A model generated the notes under the pieces. The model saw nothing but the letters and a program-made list of their open reading frames with translations. It made no database searches and was not told the origin of the DNA. This document shows positions 37,998 through 51,688 of a stretch of DNA of 64,000 bases, piece after piece. The first letter of the stretch is position 1. Every line of letters begins with the position of its first letter. The position numbers and the translations under genes were made by a program. The stretch comes from Aplysia californica. Lineage: Eukaryota. The stretch is from contig NW_004797685.1 of NCBI RefSeq assembly GCF_000002075.1, forward strand, positions 115,492 through 179,491. Direction: 5' to 3'.

Positions 37998-40958
37998 CTG
38001 AAATGATAAACAGTTTACGGAGTGGAAAATGATTTTATTTATTTATCCCCCCCCCCCCAAACCACCCCTTCCCTTGCATGTTTGGGGACATGGCTGTGGA
38101 AACCCTCTGATATGAAAAGAGTTACATCAAGCTAGAATAAAATTTCGGTTTTCTTCTTTAGTACCTTATCATCAAGTGCTAGATCTGCAACAGACATGGA
38201 CGATAATGCTTCTCCATTCATTCCGTTGGTCGAATGTTTTCAAAAAAGCTACATTGTCCTGGTCTTTCCTCGTCACCCGTCTGTCTAGGATCTCAGAAAT
38301 AGGTTGCTCTGAGTCTATTCCTGCCTTGTTTTCCTTCAATTTTTCCAGTGAGAGCTAAATGTTCACGGCCTTTATGTCCATTCAAGTTATCTTTTCTGAA
38401 ATGTTACTTTTTCCTAATTGTTTTTGTCACCACTTTCTTTTCCCTTACAAGTTGGGTAACATGGCTGTGGAAACCCTCTGACATGAAAAGAGCCAAGCCA
38501 AGCTAGAATAACATTTCCATTTTTTTTAAATCCAGTAAATCACCATCATCATTTGGGACAGACATCGACGATCGGGGCTCTCCATTCATTCCCTTGCTCG
38601 GATGTTTTCAAAACAAAAGCTACCTTATCCTGATCTTTCCAAGTCACCCATCTGTTTAGGCTCTCCAAGTAGGTTGTTCTGGGTCTACCCCGACCCCGTT
38701 TGCTCTCAATGTTGCCAGTGAGATGTAAGCGTTTAAGGCCTTTAGATTTATATCTATTCAAGTGTCCTAAAACTGCATTTCCCTTTTCCTGATTTTATTA
38801 ATCAGCGAGGAGCCCACATAGGCTTCTTAAAGTACTGCCTTACTTGATATCTCCCAACTCCAAGTTCTCAGCAGTCTCCTAAAAAACCACATTTCTATTG
38901 TTGCTTCTATTTTTTTCCACTGACTTTCGTGTTTGTCCAGCATGCACAGCCATACAGAAAGGTTGAGTATACATAGCATTTCATAAAATTTGTTTTGGTA
39001 ATCGTTGATATGTTTATATCTTTATGACTGGGCTCATTTAATTGAACATATCTTTACCCTGGCTATTCTTTGTTTTGTTTCACTGAAACATTTGGCATTA
39101 TATAATATATGCAATTGAATATCCTAGACATTTAAACTGTAGAACTTGTTTGATCTTTTCGCCTTTGCATATTAACATGTATTCTGGGTTTTTTCACAAT
39201 CAACGATAACCCTATACCTTAACTCTCCGTTACAACAATATCTAGAAACAAAGGTCCATCTAAGTTTAATCTGTTCTGCGCGCTTATGTGGCCTTATGCA
39301 GTTGCGAGTGCCGTAAAACACTTACCATATGGACTCACCTCCCTGACACATAAATACCTCTTCATGGAGATGAGAAACCGTTCTGTGTCGAATGTGACAC
39401 AGATTTCACCATTAGACACATTTTAACAGAATATTCAGAGTTTACAGAGACCCGAAGGAAGTATTTTAAATGCACAAAATCAGAAGATATATTCTCCGTC
39501 ATTGTTCCCAACAGAATTCTTGATTTTATAAAGGCCATTGGCTTTAACAATAAACTGTAAATACCGTTATTATGATATTTTTGTATGTTATTTTAAAACT
39601 AAGATTTTTCCTCATTTTTTAAATTTTTAATCGAAATATTGACAAAAATCAGGCCGTGCTGTTAACTGCTGTGAATGCAACCTACTTGTGTTTCATGCAC
39701 GCAGTTGCGAGCGTCGTAAAACTCTTACAAAACAAACAAGAATCTTTGTCTTCTTGCTTGGAAGTTGTATCCGTCTTAACCGGATTGACCTCGACAGGCA
39801 GGGCAAAAGCGGCCCGCCTCCTAAATGATCTAAACTGTCTGGATGAAGGCGTAAGGTATATACAATTACATACCATTACATTATTTTTGTTGACTTTTTC
39901 AATAGAACACCTATTTTGCTTCAAAACCCTTCAAAACAAAAAAGAGAGGGAAAACGTTGTTGTCAGAAGATGAACAATGGAAAGTGCCTAGACAACAACG
40001 ATTTTTAAAGGCTTTTCTATGCTTGTTTTATGCATCACTTTGTCTTAACTTAATTATATTTTTCCACAATGATTGAGTCTAGATTTTAAAAACTTTCCTT
40101 CTTGAATTTTTATAAAATATAAATTTCCGTAAACTTGTTCACAGCATTTCCCACTTCTTACACACATTTTGCACACCCATATAGCTTACGACACAGCTCA
40201 CCAAAGACACTTTTTTGTGGCAAATTTTGTTACAAGAAATTATTTTTATAGTGAACACATTTTTGCTGTAAAAGTTCTCTAAACATGTGTTCAATATGCA
40301 TAATATCGCAATTAGAAAAAAAATGACAATCTTGCTTTCAAGAACGATTTCGCCCCAGCTGTAAATCTTTTAAAATACCTACTTGGATTTTTATTTATAA
40401 AAAAGAATGTTCTAGAATACAGCCGACAGGTGTTTACAAAAATATTGATCTGTTAAGACAAATTGATACAAGTTATGGCGCAAAATGTGGAGAGTGATAA
40501 GTAATTCTTTGACAAACGAAATTGCATTCCCACCACTACAGACAAAATACCGACAAAATTCTATTTTGAATAAAATTTCAATGCCTTGGAGGCCTTTATA
40601 TGGAGTAGCAAAGAAAATCTGAAGAGTCAAATCGGGACCCCAGACGATTTTAGCGAGATATTCAAAAAGAGCAATCTGTTATTGTATGTATCTTACAAGA
40701 ATCTTGCACACAACCCAGTGGGTGAGACCATATTGTGTCAAATGTACATGGATTTGGAAGCAGATTTAATAGTAGGCGTACAGCGTTGAACGCATCTGCT
40801 GCACTTTATCGTAACCGAACCAAATTAGCTGTCTATATAATATATTTGTATAATTTTGTCACAAAAGATGTGATGGGAAACATTTGGCACGAAGGAGAAG
40901 GACCATTGATTGCCAGTGAATTCTCTTCTCATTTTTGACCATACAGCAGTTGTAAGTA

Positions 40959-41233
40959 CATGTGTATGTACTTGTAAAAGTAAAAAGTAAAGTTATTCCC
41001 GCATCCGATCTGGACATTAGGGATTGCTTTGTTAGTGAGACTACTTCCTGGGCCTTCGGCATAATATTGTTGTAGGGTGGCCAGCTCCGTTCCAGGTCGC
41101 TTTTACTTCAACAACTCGAAGTCAGGTACCCATCACTGCTGGGTAGGCAGGAGGGGGCTAAAATAACCAAGGCTCGAACCTAGATTTTCCGCTTAAGAGA
41201 CGAGCGCACTAACCGCTCCGCCATTGCACCCTC
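40959..41233 (-). mobile_element. tRNA-derived SINE inserted ~33 nt into the gene 3 intron
   Basis: A box TGGCGGAGCGG and B box GGTTCGAGCC on the minus strand; central CCCAGCAGTGATGGGTACCTG; (TTTAC)n tail; TSD AAGTA at 40954-40958 and 41234-41238; absent from genes 2 and 4. Confidence 0.8.
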
Positions 41234-41266
41234 AAGTAGCTGTAGATTTTATTATTTCCGTCTCAC

Positions 41267-41513
41267 CCATGAGGCTGATGTTCATGCTGTCTTGAAAGCC
41301 TTGCTTGGCAAACACCACGATGTTGATGATGTTGGAGACCACGCCGAACAGACTAACGAGACCACAGAGGACGACCCCGTTGACCACTTGGACAATGTAC
41401 CACTGCTCGTCGCTCATGATGTCATAATGTGAAGGAGAAGGCGACGTCGTTATAGGCACGCTGTCGTCGCGAGAGTCAGTCAAATTATTGACCCACAGGT
41501 TTGAAAACGACAT
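41267..41513 (-). CDS. Chemosensory-type GPCR gene 3, exon 1; CDS join(41513..41267,37997..37177), 355 aa
   Basis: 247-nt exon with the same ATG and donor G|GTGAGA at 41267/41266. Confidence 0.9.
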
Positions 41514-42422
41514 TCTGGCTTGAAGAAACGCAACGATGGTTACTTTTGCGCTAAGCTCCTCTCCGATTACAAAGAGAGACTGTGATTTAAACGCTCAGTT
41601 CACAGAAAACCAAGACTTAATAAAAGGCAAAGAACTATCTAATAACTTCGTTCTTTCTTTGTGATCACTGAGCAATACGCTCAACAGGTTAATTTTGCTT
41701 AAGATGTCGATTATACCATTAACGTTGTATGACAAGATGCTTAAATTGTTATAATGATATATTTTATGTCACATAGTTATTTTCCAAACGATAGGCTATT
41801 AATCCCGTTTGAAGTGAATTGGACTTGTTCAGTTATAATGAACGTCAATGCTGAAAGTCGATTATAATAGATAGCATTTGTAGAGCGCTGATTCCAGCTC
41901 AACAACTGTATTATGAGTTAACATTCAGCACAGACTTGCAAAGTTTTAAATGTCACAGTAATCGTATTGACACTATAACCCCTCCCTTAGAAAGGGGGTA
42001 AATATCTTCGTTTGTCAAATTCAAGTACAACGTTTTGTTTCGTCTGCCTGTGTCCCCGTGTCTTTATTATCATAACTGGGCTTTTTTTCTTATGCAGCTT
42101 ATCTTGAGTTGATCTTTAGAAACCTGCTGGCAGACGTGTTAAATCTTTTATCAATAAGTAAGACGACCCGCAGTCACTATGACAGACACAGCGTACGTTT
42201 GATCGTCGATTTGAGCTCACTTTATCATTATAATTATTTGTCTGACAATAATATTTCCAATCGTGTGAACAGTCTTTCACGCGCTAAATTTGCTGGAGTT
42301 TCTCTCACTTTGTTGGACTTTTCTATTTTGATTGTTTAATGTGGTTTTACGATACATCGATACTGTGTGTACTCAACTGTATTCAGACGGGTGTTGAAAT
42401 GGCGCGAAATAACAAAAATTAA

Positions 42423-42423
<1 letters not shown>

Positions 42424-42502
<79 letters not shown>
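42424..42502. repeat. (CT)n microsatellite; others: (GT)n 36160-36218, (GT)n(GA)n 47965-48037, (GA)n 51641-51685, (CA)n 63270-63340
   Basis: Directly visible dinucleotide runs. Confidence 0.95.
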
Positions 42503-42506
<4 letters not shown>

Positions 42507-42899
42507 ATATATATGGGTGGATATGGCAAAATGTCATAGTCACTTTCTCGCGCTGTTTCTGCAGCTTTTCTTGAAGTGTGTTCTGGCGCGTTATCATGAA
42601 GCACGAAAATGCCTTTTCGGATCTTTCCTCTGCGTTTCCTCAGCGGTTTTTTTTATAACCTCTTGTGATTTTTTTTAGCTGGTTAGAATAATGATATCCG
42701 TTGATCGTGTGTCCATTTTAGAGTTAGCTTGTCATAGCATGAGAGTCACTCCTTCTTGGTCCCAAAAAACAGATAGCATCACTTTTCCACTTAATGTCTG
42801 CACCATTGCCTTCTTTGGTGTTGGAGACTAGGGTGATTTCCTCTGCATTGATGCAGATTTTGACTCCGGGTCGTAGTGGTGGACCAATGTCTCATGTTA

Positions 42900-45866
42900 A
42901 GAGGAGTGACCCACACGGCCTTTGTCAAAACGGACTAGATCTAGATGGTAACATCAAAACAAATTACCGCCTTAGTTAACTTCGGCTCAGATCGAACCCT
43001 GTAGATAGCCAGAAGATTTTGCCAAGGCAGTTTGCGTAATCTATCACTAAGTTTGGTAGTGTAATTAAGAAAGGATAAGATGAAATCAAAGAATTTGTCA
43101 ATACAGACTCGTTATCCATGTAAATACAAACAATAAATTATGGCAAAAGCTACTGACTGTTTAAAAGTCTATGATTGTCAGCAAAAACGGGCTTATAATT
43201 TCACATTCTGTACAATCATTGGTAAATATTTTAATCGTGACATTTGGCGGGGGTTTTTTTTGCGTTCCTTTCTGTGTGAAAAGCAACTCATATACACACC
43301 GGCACCGAAAAATCTCTCTTCAACAAACCTTCAACTTCAACTCTCCAGCTCTACACACCCACTTTAAACAAATCTCCGGTGACATGCTACTTGAATCCAA
43401 AACAATACGATAGCATACATCTGCCATTACATAGAGGTAATTCGTGACTGAGCCAAAGACAGTTCATATGACTTGGAGATGGGAGCTCTATGATTGTCAT
43501 ATTACCAGAGAGCAGAAGAGGACAAGCATTTTAGTGATAAGTAATTCTTTGACAAACTTGACGAAATTGCATTCCCACTACTACTGTGAAAATACAGGCA
43601 AAAGTCTATTTTGAATAAAATTTCAAAGCCTTGGAGGCCTTTATATGGAGTAGCAAAGAAAATCTGAAGAGTCAAATCGGGACCCCAGACGACTTTAGCG
43701 AGATATTCAAAACGAGCAATCTGTTATTGTATGTATCTCGGAATGATGAATGTTATGTCTGCAAGGTAGGAGAAAGAATCTTACAAGAATCTTGCACACA
43801 ACCCAGTGGGTGAGACCATATTGTGTCAAATGTACATGGATTTGGAAGCAGATTTAATAGTAGGCGTACAGCGTTGAACGCATCTGCTGCACTTTATCGT
43901 AACCGAACCAAATTAGCTGTCTATATAATATATTTGTTTAATTTTGTCACAAAAGATGTGATGGGAAACATTTGGCACGAAGGAGAAGGACCATTGATTG
44001 CCAATGAATTCTCTTCTTGTGTCAGTAACATCCTTGCGGAACCTACTGACAATAAATATGTGAGGCAGCGTGGTGGAATCAGCCTCTCGTCAAAATAATC
44101 AAAGTGAAGAAACTTGCATTTTTCCACAGTCTTGTGAATTTTCATCAAATTTTTTTTTTGACACAACACCGTTCATGCCCATTAAAGAACTCATATATGT
44201 GTGGATTTTTCTGAAAAACGTTGATTAAAAGCATTTAAAAAATGAAAATTTCCAGTTACCACGGACTCTAAAGCTAAGGAAATAAGTAGTCTTTGGTAGC
44301 CATTTTCTCACTAATTTTACCTCTGAAAACAGGTGACCCACACCTCCTTCATTTGCAAATATCTCGACTTGCATTCAAGATAAATGGATATTTTTTTCAT
44401 CCAAATAAAGACATTTGAACAAACTTTACGATGATACCAATAAATCTACTTGCCCAAAAATTGACGAGACCCTGATTCCACCACGCTGCCTCACATATGC
44501 AATGTTCACTATATGCAGTGATAGCTGTACCTACCAGACCACAACGCTATCTTGTCAGATGCAATCAGTGGCATTTGTACCAGATAGGACAAAATGTTGA
44601 ACACAGTTACCTTGAAAAAGAACAAACTCAAATGGAAGTGGACAGCACACACTGTGTAATCGAAAAATCCCTGAAAAAAGGTCTGGTCTACGTGCTCATG
44701 GAAAATCTTGAAAGCTTTTAAGAAAGCAAGACAGTGTACTCCCTCCCCCCCCTGCCAACCCAATGATGTTTGATTTCTTGACCATTCAGACCTGACTGAA
44801 ACAAAGGCGACCCAGTTGTCACAAACGTTCGTTGCCTTTAATACATATTGAACAAAAACATCCAGTACAAGTTGAACGTTAAGATGAATGGTCTTTTTTA
44901 CCAACTCCATGAGGCCAAAAACAGTCCTGCCCCAGAAGACTCAACCACAATGTGTTTGGATCTCCGTAAAATTCAGCAATCAATTTTAATATAAACATCT
45001 ACAGAAACTCAGGAGCGTGATTATTCCATTGTAATCTCAGACACAAGGAGTCAATAAACCAAGAAAATGTATTACATTAACATCAGGAACGTTCACATTT
45101 TCTTTCTTGTTTGTAAAGTATACCAGGGCAGTTCCTACTTCTACAGTCAGTTTTTGAACGGGTCAGGGGGAATTTTGAGTGTAAAAATAAGAACAAGAAT
45201 AGAATGAGGTGGTATGAAGGTGTGTCGTGAATTTTTAATGTGGAAGCCTAATGACTGCCCTAACCTGTAAAACCTTATTGAATACCTTTAAGATAAAAAT
45301 TGTTGCACAAAATTTCATGAAAGAATGTCTTTATAATTTATTTTCGTGGTTTTAAACATTAACATCTTAACTTTTAAAAGACAGTGAAGGTTAGGAAGGA
45401 TATACATAAATTTCACATTACATGCATGTACTTTCTGTTTTCAAGGAATACACTTTAACTATCTTTCTTACTTAAATTACTACACGCTTAATTTTCTTAA
45501 AATTCTGTTTGGGCAGAAATAATTGAAAAGAGAATGGAATACTTGATAATTCCTCCTAAAACGATTATGATTATGCTTCTGTCGATAACTCAGACTCATA
45601 AACGACCATCGGCGCTCGCCGAATGGCGTTGGATAACGTGATTCAAACACCTAGACGCCGTCATACTGCCAGTAAGGCTGTTGAATCACGCAGATTTTGG
45701 CCGTCAAAACCGCCTATGTCTAGTAATTTATGTAAGAAAGCATTTTTTTTTTCAGCCGGTTACAGACCATCGTCTTACATGATATGGCAGAAATATTATT
45801 ATCTACATTTATATCTGCATGTCAGATTCATAGGAACTTAGGCGCTTGAATCACGCGTCTAGCGAT
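42900..45866 (+). mobile_element. Paralogous Sola1-like transposon remnant (left end lost), upstream of gene 3
   Basis: KLAVYIIYLFNFVTKDVMGNIWHEGEGPLIANEF..CSDSCTYQ..YLEKEQTQMEVDSTHCVIE; collinear with 27530-30005. Confidence 0.65.
44060..44494 (+). mobile_element. MITE family A, copy 4, inserted in the Sola1-like transposase remnant
   Basis: Same TIRs and ATAT flanks; absent from the paralogous position near 28660. Confidence 0.9.
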
Positions 45867-46748
45867 ATATATTTCTTCGAGATACTCTTTTCCATCTAAA
45901 TTTACTAATCCAATAATAGTGGAGTCATAACTGAACTTATTCAAGCGTGCTGTTTCATCCTTACGTCTATGATCGTTGGCATATTATTGTATACAAAACC
46001 TGTGACAAAACGCACCCTTGAGGATCGCCGGTGTTACAAACGTTTGTGTAAGATTTTTTGCTGTTCAGCTTAACATAATATTATTGTGGTCTTCATGTAA
46101 AAAATTTCAGGACCCATGCTGCGATAAAATGACTAACTCTTAGACTCAGAAGTTTTTCATGACAATAATATGTTGTTGAATAATATTAAATGCTGAGGAA
46201 AAAATCGACAAAAAGTACCCTCATATACGTTTTAGATGTTTCAAAGTGTTTCAGTATAGAGTCACAAAAAACAAGCTTCTGTTTAAGTATCACAAATAAA
46301 AGTAAAATTTGCTTAACTCATTTGCATCCTCTCTTACTGCAGAGTAACCAGTTATTTTTTCAAAGAGGACCTTGTCCTCTCTCTTTGGACGAAATAGCGG
46401 TACCTTACTTAAAATTACGACTCTGGTGGTATGTCTGAAAAAGGGCCATACTGTTTGGCTCTGCTCTAGATCTCTACAACTCAGTAGTGTCATAATCATG
46501 TAATATAAAGGTCTCCGTAGCGTGTCCGTCTTCCGAAACGTGTCTATTTTCGAGTATTCTCTGGTTTGTCCTTTTCCTATTTTGCCCACCCTTTATTCAT
46601 GTTCCATGCGCATTCTTTCCCTTCACTGTTCACATTGCACACACACCAAAGAAATTCTAAATTATGTGAGTCACAGTGGTTAATTGGGGATCTCGTCAAC
46701 ACATTGAAATAAAAGAAAATTGACATTTTCCGTTGGTTAGACAACTGT

Positions 46749-47617
46749 ACAACTGGGATGCGTTCTGTCTCCCCTCCTGTTTATAATATATATGGACACA
46801 ATAACGCAAGAAGCAAACCAAAGCCCAAAAATGAATTTCTGTCCGCAGACGACAAATGTCTTATTCATCATGACCAACAAAGCCTCCAAAACCACACTAC
46901 CGAACTCAACAACACGTGTGAGAAATTCAACATGAAAATAAGCACATCAAAAACAGAAGTTATGAAAGTGAACCGAAACCATAGTCCCTGAACATCCATG
47001 TCAATAGTAAACAACTGAAACAGGTGAAGGAGTTTAGATATCTTGGCAGCATGTTTTCTGAAAACGGGTCCATAGACAGAGAAATAGAAATGCGAACTCA
47101 AAAAGCCAACGCTGTCACCTACCAGCTCGCACCCCTCCTATCTCATCCAAACATCTCCATGAACACAAAGAAACAGCTTATAACCTCAATATTCATACCA
47201 ACATTATGTAAACAGTGCCAGACCTGGACCTTAAGCAAAACCCATGAAAGCAAAATCACCGCATACGAAATTAAATGTCTCCGCAAAACCCTTAACAGCA
47301 CAAGACGAGACAGGCAGAGAAATGAAGAAGTAAGAGCAGATATCAGCACTGCCTGCATTACATAGAAAGACAAAATAAAATAGTTTGGCCACCTGTTACG
47401 CACGTCACCTGACCAGACAGCCTCGAGAGCCTACAACACCAAACATTCAGGCTATAAAGGAAGAGGAAGGCCACGAAAAAGATAGATTGAGGGTGTCAAG
47501 GAAACCCTAAGAAAACACAACATCACAACTGAAAGAGCTGCAGAGCTGGCCTACCATAGGAAACTGCATCTCCCCTCGACACTTAACGGCAACAGAGGAT
47601 GAAAAAGTAAAAGTAAG
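46749..47617 (+). mobile_element. 5'-truncated RTE LINE inserted in an old family A MITE
   Basis: GCVLSPL, EFRYLGS, GRGRPRKR; (AAGT)n tail; 11-bp TSD TAGACAA(C/T)TGT at 46738-46748 and 47618-47628; empty site near 31370. Confidence 0.88.
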
Positions 47618-47962
47618 TAGACAATTGTTTTATATTTCTTTATCTTTTCCCCCACCGCCTTTGATACCCATTAAAATCATATTTCTGTTTGGAATTCACT
47701 GAATAATAAGATAAGATAAGATAAGATAGTACTTTATTATCCCAGAGGGAAATTTTCCTTGGCTGTACAGGACCATAAAAACACATGCAGGTATACATTA
47801 AAAATTTTTAATCATATATATTACTCTCATTAAAATGCAATATGAAAGGAGAAGTAAAGCTGACAAAATGTACATTTACATCAAATGCATCATTCAACCA
47901 CATGCAGGAATGTTGATCACAGGTACCAAAAAAAATGATGTGTCAGTTTTCACGGACACTCA

Positions 47963-48037
<75 letters not shown>

Positions 48038-48739
48038 GTTGAGAAGGCAAAACAGCACCTGGGCATGGATGGCTGGTGCCTCTATAAATATATCATTGAT
48101 GGTCGGTGTGTGTTAAGGGATTTTTATAAGGGTCTCAGATTCACATTGAACATTTTCTGTCTTTTAATTCGTTAACAATTGTATTGAATAATAATTCTAC
48201 ACTGTGAAGAGCTTAAAGCCATCTTAGAATTAGGCTTTATAAATTCCCATTATCGTTATCATAATTCATTACCACACCTCCAGTTTCATCATTTTGTGGG
48301 GTTTTGTTTAAATACGGTGCCTATCTTTCCCTTCCCGAAAAGATTCCTAGAGTACCACAGCTTGGTCCGACGTTGTGTCCTTTCGAAAAGCACTTTGCAC
48401 CAATTTCCCACAGCTCGGTCTTTTCGGAGATGCACTTTAACAAAACAAGACTGACTATTGAAAGTCTGGAATTAGATCTGGATCACAAAGGGTTAAACCT
48501 ATACATGAGAAGTTTATTTCAATGTCGAAGTGTTGGGGAAATGTCTTTTAAAATACTGGCGTTGTTTGGTTTTGGGTTTTTTTAAGAAATCTTCTAAGAT
48601 TTTACTTTTAATATAATTTGCTTTATTTCCCAAAAGAAGGCTATGAGCATTAAAATCGACTATGAAAGGTGGAAGGAGCTGTTTTCTGAGGTTTGATCAT
48701 TTTTTTTAAATACAAAAGTTTATCTTGAGGAATGTACAC

Positions 48740-50260
48740 TAGGACAGATAGTTACTGATCAACGTAGAGTAACTCTGACCGCAATTGCTTGAAATCTTGA
48801 ATTTATGTGCATTTGTCTGTGTAATGTTTGAAGTTTCCCCCAGAGGCAGGTTGGTAGTCGGTGTGGACTCGGTTCTAAGTTTGATCAGCTTTAAAATGTA
48901 AATTCGGATGTTGGTAATTTTGTTGCTGTTGTTGTTGGTTTGTAGGTAGATAGCATGTGCGATGTCCGAGGTCAAAAGAATGTAGAGCTGGTTTTCACGC
49001 GAACCACAAAATATCTTCCACTGAAGAACCGGCATTTCACTGACTTCTTTTTATTTTTAGAGCTTTTATGGCTTAAAGATTTTTATTGTTGTGAAATGAC
49101 AGTTGAGGGAGGACTGGTGACCTGGAGAGGGGTAGAGGCTGAAAAGGAGGAAGTTGAATGCAATGAAGAGGTCGTTGAGGATGAAGATGTACATGTCGTT
49201 GGGAAGAAAGACGAAGGGGGTGAGGATGAGGATGGTTGTGGAGATAAAGATTGCGGTGAAGATGAGGTGGTTGTGAAGATAAAGATATTGAGAAGATAAA
49301 AATGGTTGTGAACATAAAGCTGGTGATGAAGATGAGGATGTTGGTGAGGATGAGGATGGTTGTGGAGATAAAGATGATTGTGAAGATAAATATGGTGATG
49401 AAGATGAGGATGGTGGTGAGGATGATGATGGTTGTGGAGATAAAGATGGTTGTGAAGATAAATATGGTGGTGAAGATGAGGATGGTGGTGAGGATGATGA
49501 TGGCTGTGGAGATGAAGATTGCGGTGAAGATCAGGATGGTTGTGAAGATAAAGATAGTGGTGAGGATAAGAATGAGTGGGAGAATGAAGACGGTGGTGGA
49601 GATGAGGATTATGGTGAGGATGAAGGTAAAGATAACGTGGGTGGTGAGGATGAAAATGAAGATGAAAGAGATTTTGGAGGTGATGAGTTGAGGGAGGACT
49701 CCATGTCCTCCTCTTGGTTTTCGTGGCTTTTTTCAAATTAACATGTTTGTTGGTGGACGTATTTTGTGTCCTATCTTTGTTTCGGTGTCAGCTGGTCTGG
49801 AGCCTGCCTCGGCAGCGCCAGCGTATGACTTCTGTGTTGGATCTAAGGGGCCATACACATGTACGTTCTTGTATTTAGGCCATTTCCAAATGAGGGATAA
49901 AAACATGTTGCTTTTTTCTTTCCTCATCTTTTATACTATCCCCATTTTTCCTATACTTCTTTTGTATGTTTGTGATTCTCTTGTGATTTGCTATTTCTGG
50001 GGTGCCTTCATAGTCGAAGCAGACTTTGTGCTGTTGAGGCTAGAGAGGTGAGCAGAGTAACCCCATAGGATCACTGAGACGGACAAGGCCCGATCTTTTG
50101 TCGGGAGGAAGAAAATCGGTCGGGTCGTTTCTGTCTTGTGTGTCCACCAGTTCGGACAAGACACGTCTAGTCTGTTGGCCTACTGGCCGTATTATTCCAC
50201 ACACTGTGTCCCAAGGCTGTGTCCTCTGTACAGGGCTATAAATAGTCGAGGTCAATGAAC
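48740..50260 (-). mobile_element. Decayed LINE ORF1/ORF2 junction with a Ser/Pro-coding minisatellite
   Basis: MPVLQW at 49035 parallels the ORF2 start MAVLQW at 10938; preceded by a Lys-rich end and an S/P tract like the ORF1 tail at 10530-10930; KSYAGAA near 49820. Confidence 0.55.
49190..49690. repeat. Purine-rich minisatellite (18-nt subunits, ~66-nt higher-order unit)
   Basis: Recurring GATGAGGATGGTTGTGGA / GATAAAGATGGTTGTGAA units. Confidence 0.9.
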
Positions 50261-51024
50261 TCAAGGCAGAAATAATAAATAAATGGGGGTTTTAAAGGAA
50301 AATTGGTAAAATTGTTAATATTATGCATTTAAACCAGGTTGTTTGCTAGTAGACTTTGGTAATATTGAGGCGCTGATTACGGATATCACATTAAAATTTT
50401 AATTCTACACTCAAAATTAGAAATTTATTTTAGCTCCGGCGGGGCTCATGGCTCACGAGTCACAACCCTACCCGGCTAAAATTGTGCAAGCGGCTTTCCA
50501 ACAGACACGTCTTTTGTCTGGTTGTGTCGCGTCGTGTCTGTTGACACAGCCAAACGGACTTTTCCCTAATGTTTTAGTAAATAAACGGTGCTCCATTTCA
50601 ACTACCGACTTTCCGAGAGACGGACGGAATCGGGTCGCAGTGGACACGGGCCGTTAGCCAGATTCCCCGTTTGAAATTCTCTGTTGACATCCCCCCCCCC
50701 CCCCTTGGCGCTCATATGACCTTATGCAATTGCAAGAGCCGTTAAACTTTACAAAAACTAAATAAAAATATGTACGTTCCAGCCGGGCGGTTTTAACCAG
50801 ACTGGAAACCGTCGTTTGAACCGCCTCGCAAAACCGTCATTCGACGAGTCGGTGCGTCATCCACATCACGTGTGGTTTAGACACAGCGAGTGTACTGACA
50901 ACGACGATTTGCTTGCAGTTTATCTGCTGCTTATGGGGAAGAATTTGGTTTCTCTTTACTTATTGAAAAAACACAAACTCTGCTCGGATTTTGCCTTATA
51001 ATTAAGTCGCTCTTTTAAAATACG

Positions 51025-51635
51025 TAATCAGATTTTATGTGCGTTAAATCATTTTGAAGATATTGGCAGTGACAAGAAATGCGCCGCAACGTTACACAAC
51101 GGCTGTCATCAACGGAAAGCGTTGAACTGTATTCAGAAAATCCCCATGTTGAAACCGCCGCTTCGGCCTCCCGGTTTATCTTTTTTCTAGCAGTTTTTCG
51201 TTCACGTATGCGGTTCTGCCGCCAGGTTTTCCTTACCATTCCGAACCGGAAGTTTGGGACGTATATCTGCAGGGGGCCTAATCCCATCGAAAAGACGGCT
51301 GCCTCAGGTCGACCACACAGAGACAGCCTCTCGAGGTCGTACTTTTATCAGCCGCTCTGTCAGCCATTTAAGCTTTGGAAAGGGCCTGCCTGACCCAACA
51401 TACAGAACGCTGTTACACGCGGCCGTTTATCATCAAATGTATGCGTTCCTCACAGAGAGGGAAGGCGTTGCCCAAAATCTTACTAAAGGTGTCATTCCCG
51501 TGATCGGATGTGACATGGGAGCTTGCTGGTAGACCCATTAATAATGCTATAAGCATGAGAGACATGTTTACCTCATATTTCGCCCAGAACTCTTTAGTCT
51601 ATAACTAGATCACACTGGAAAAGTTAAGAGAGAAA

Positions 51636-51688
<53 letters not shown>

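Noticed and set aside
41160-41233. tRNA gene
   Set aside because: A/B boxes are followed by a SINE body, tail and TSD; no complete cloverleaf seen.
46508-46545. Possible Penelope-type hammerhead ribozyme (..CTTCCGAAACGTG; paralog ~30900)
   Set aside because: No CTGANGA core or convincing stems.
49083-49736. 217-aa His-rich ORF
   Set aside because: Alternative frame of a minisatellite better explained as a LINE Ser/Pro tail.
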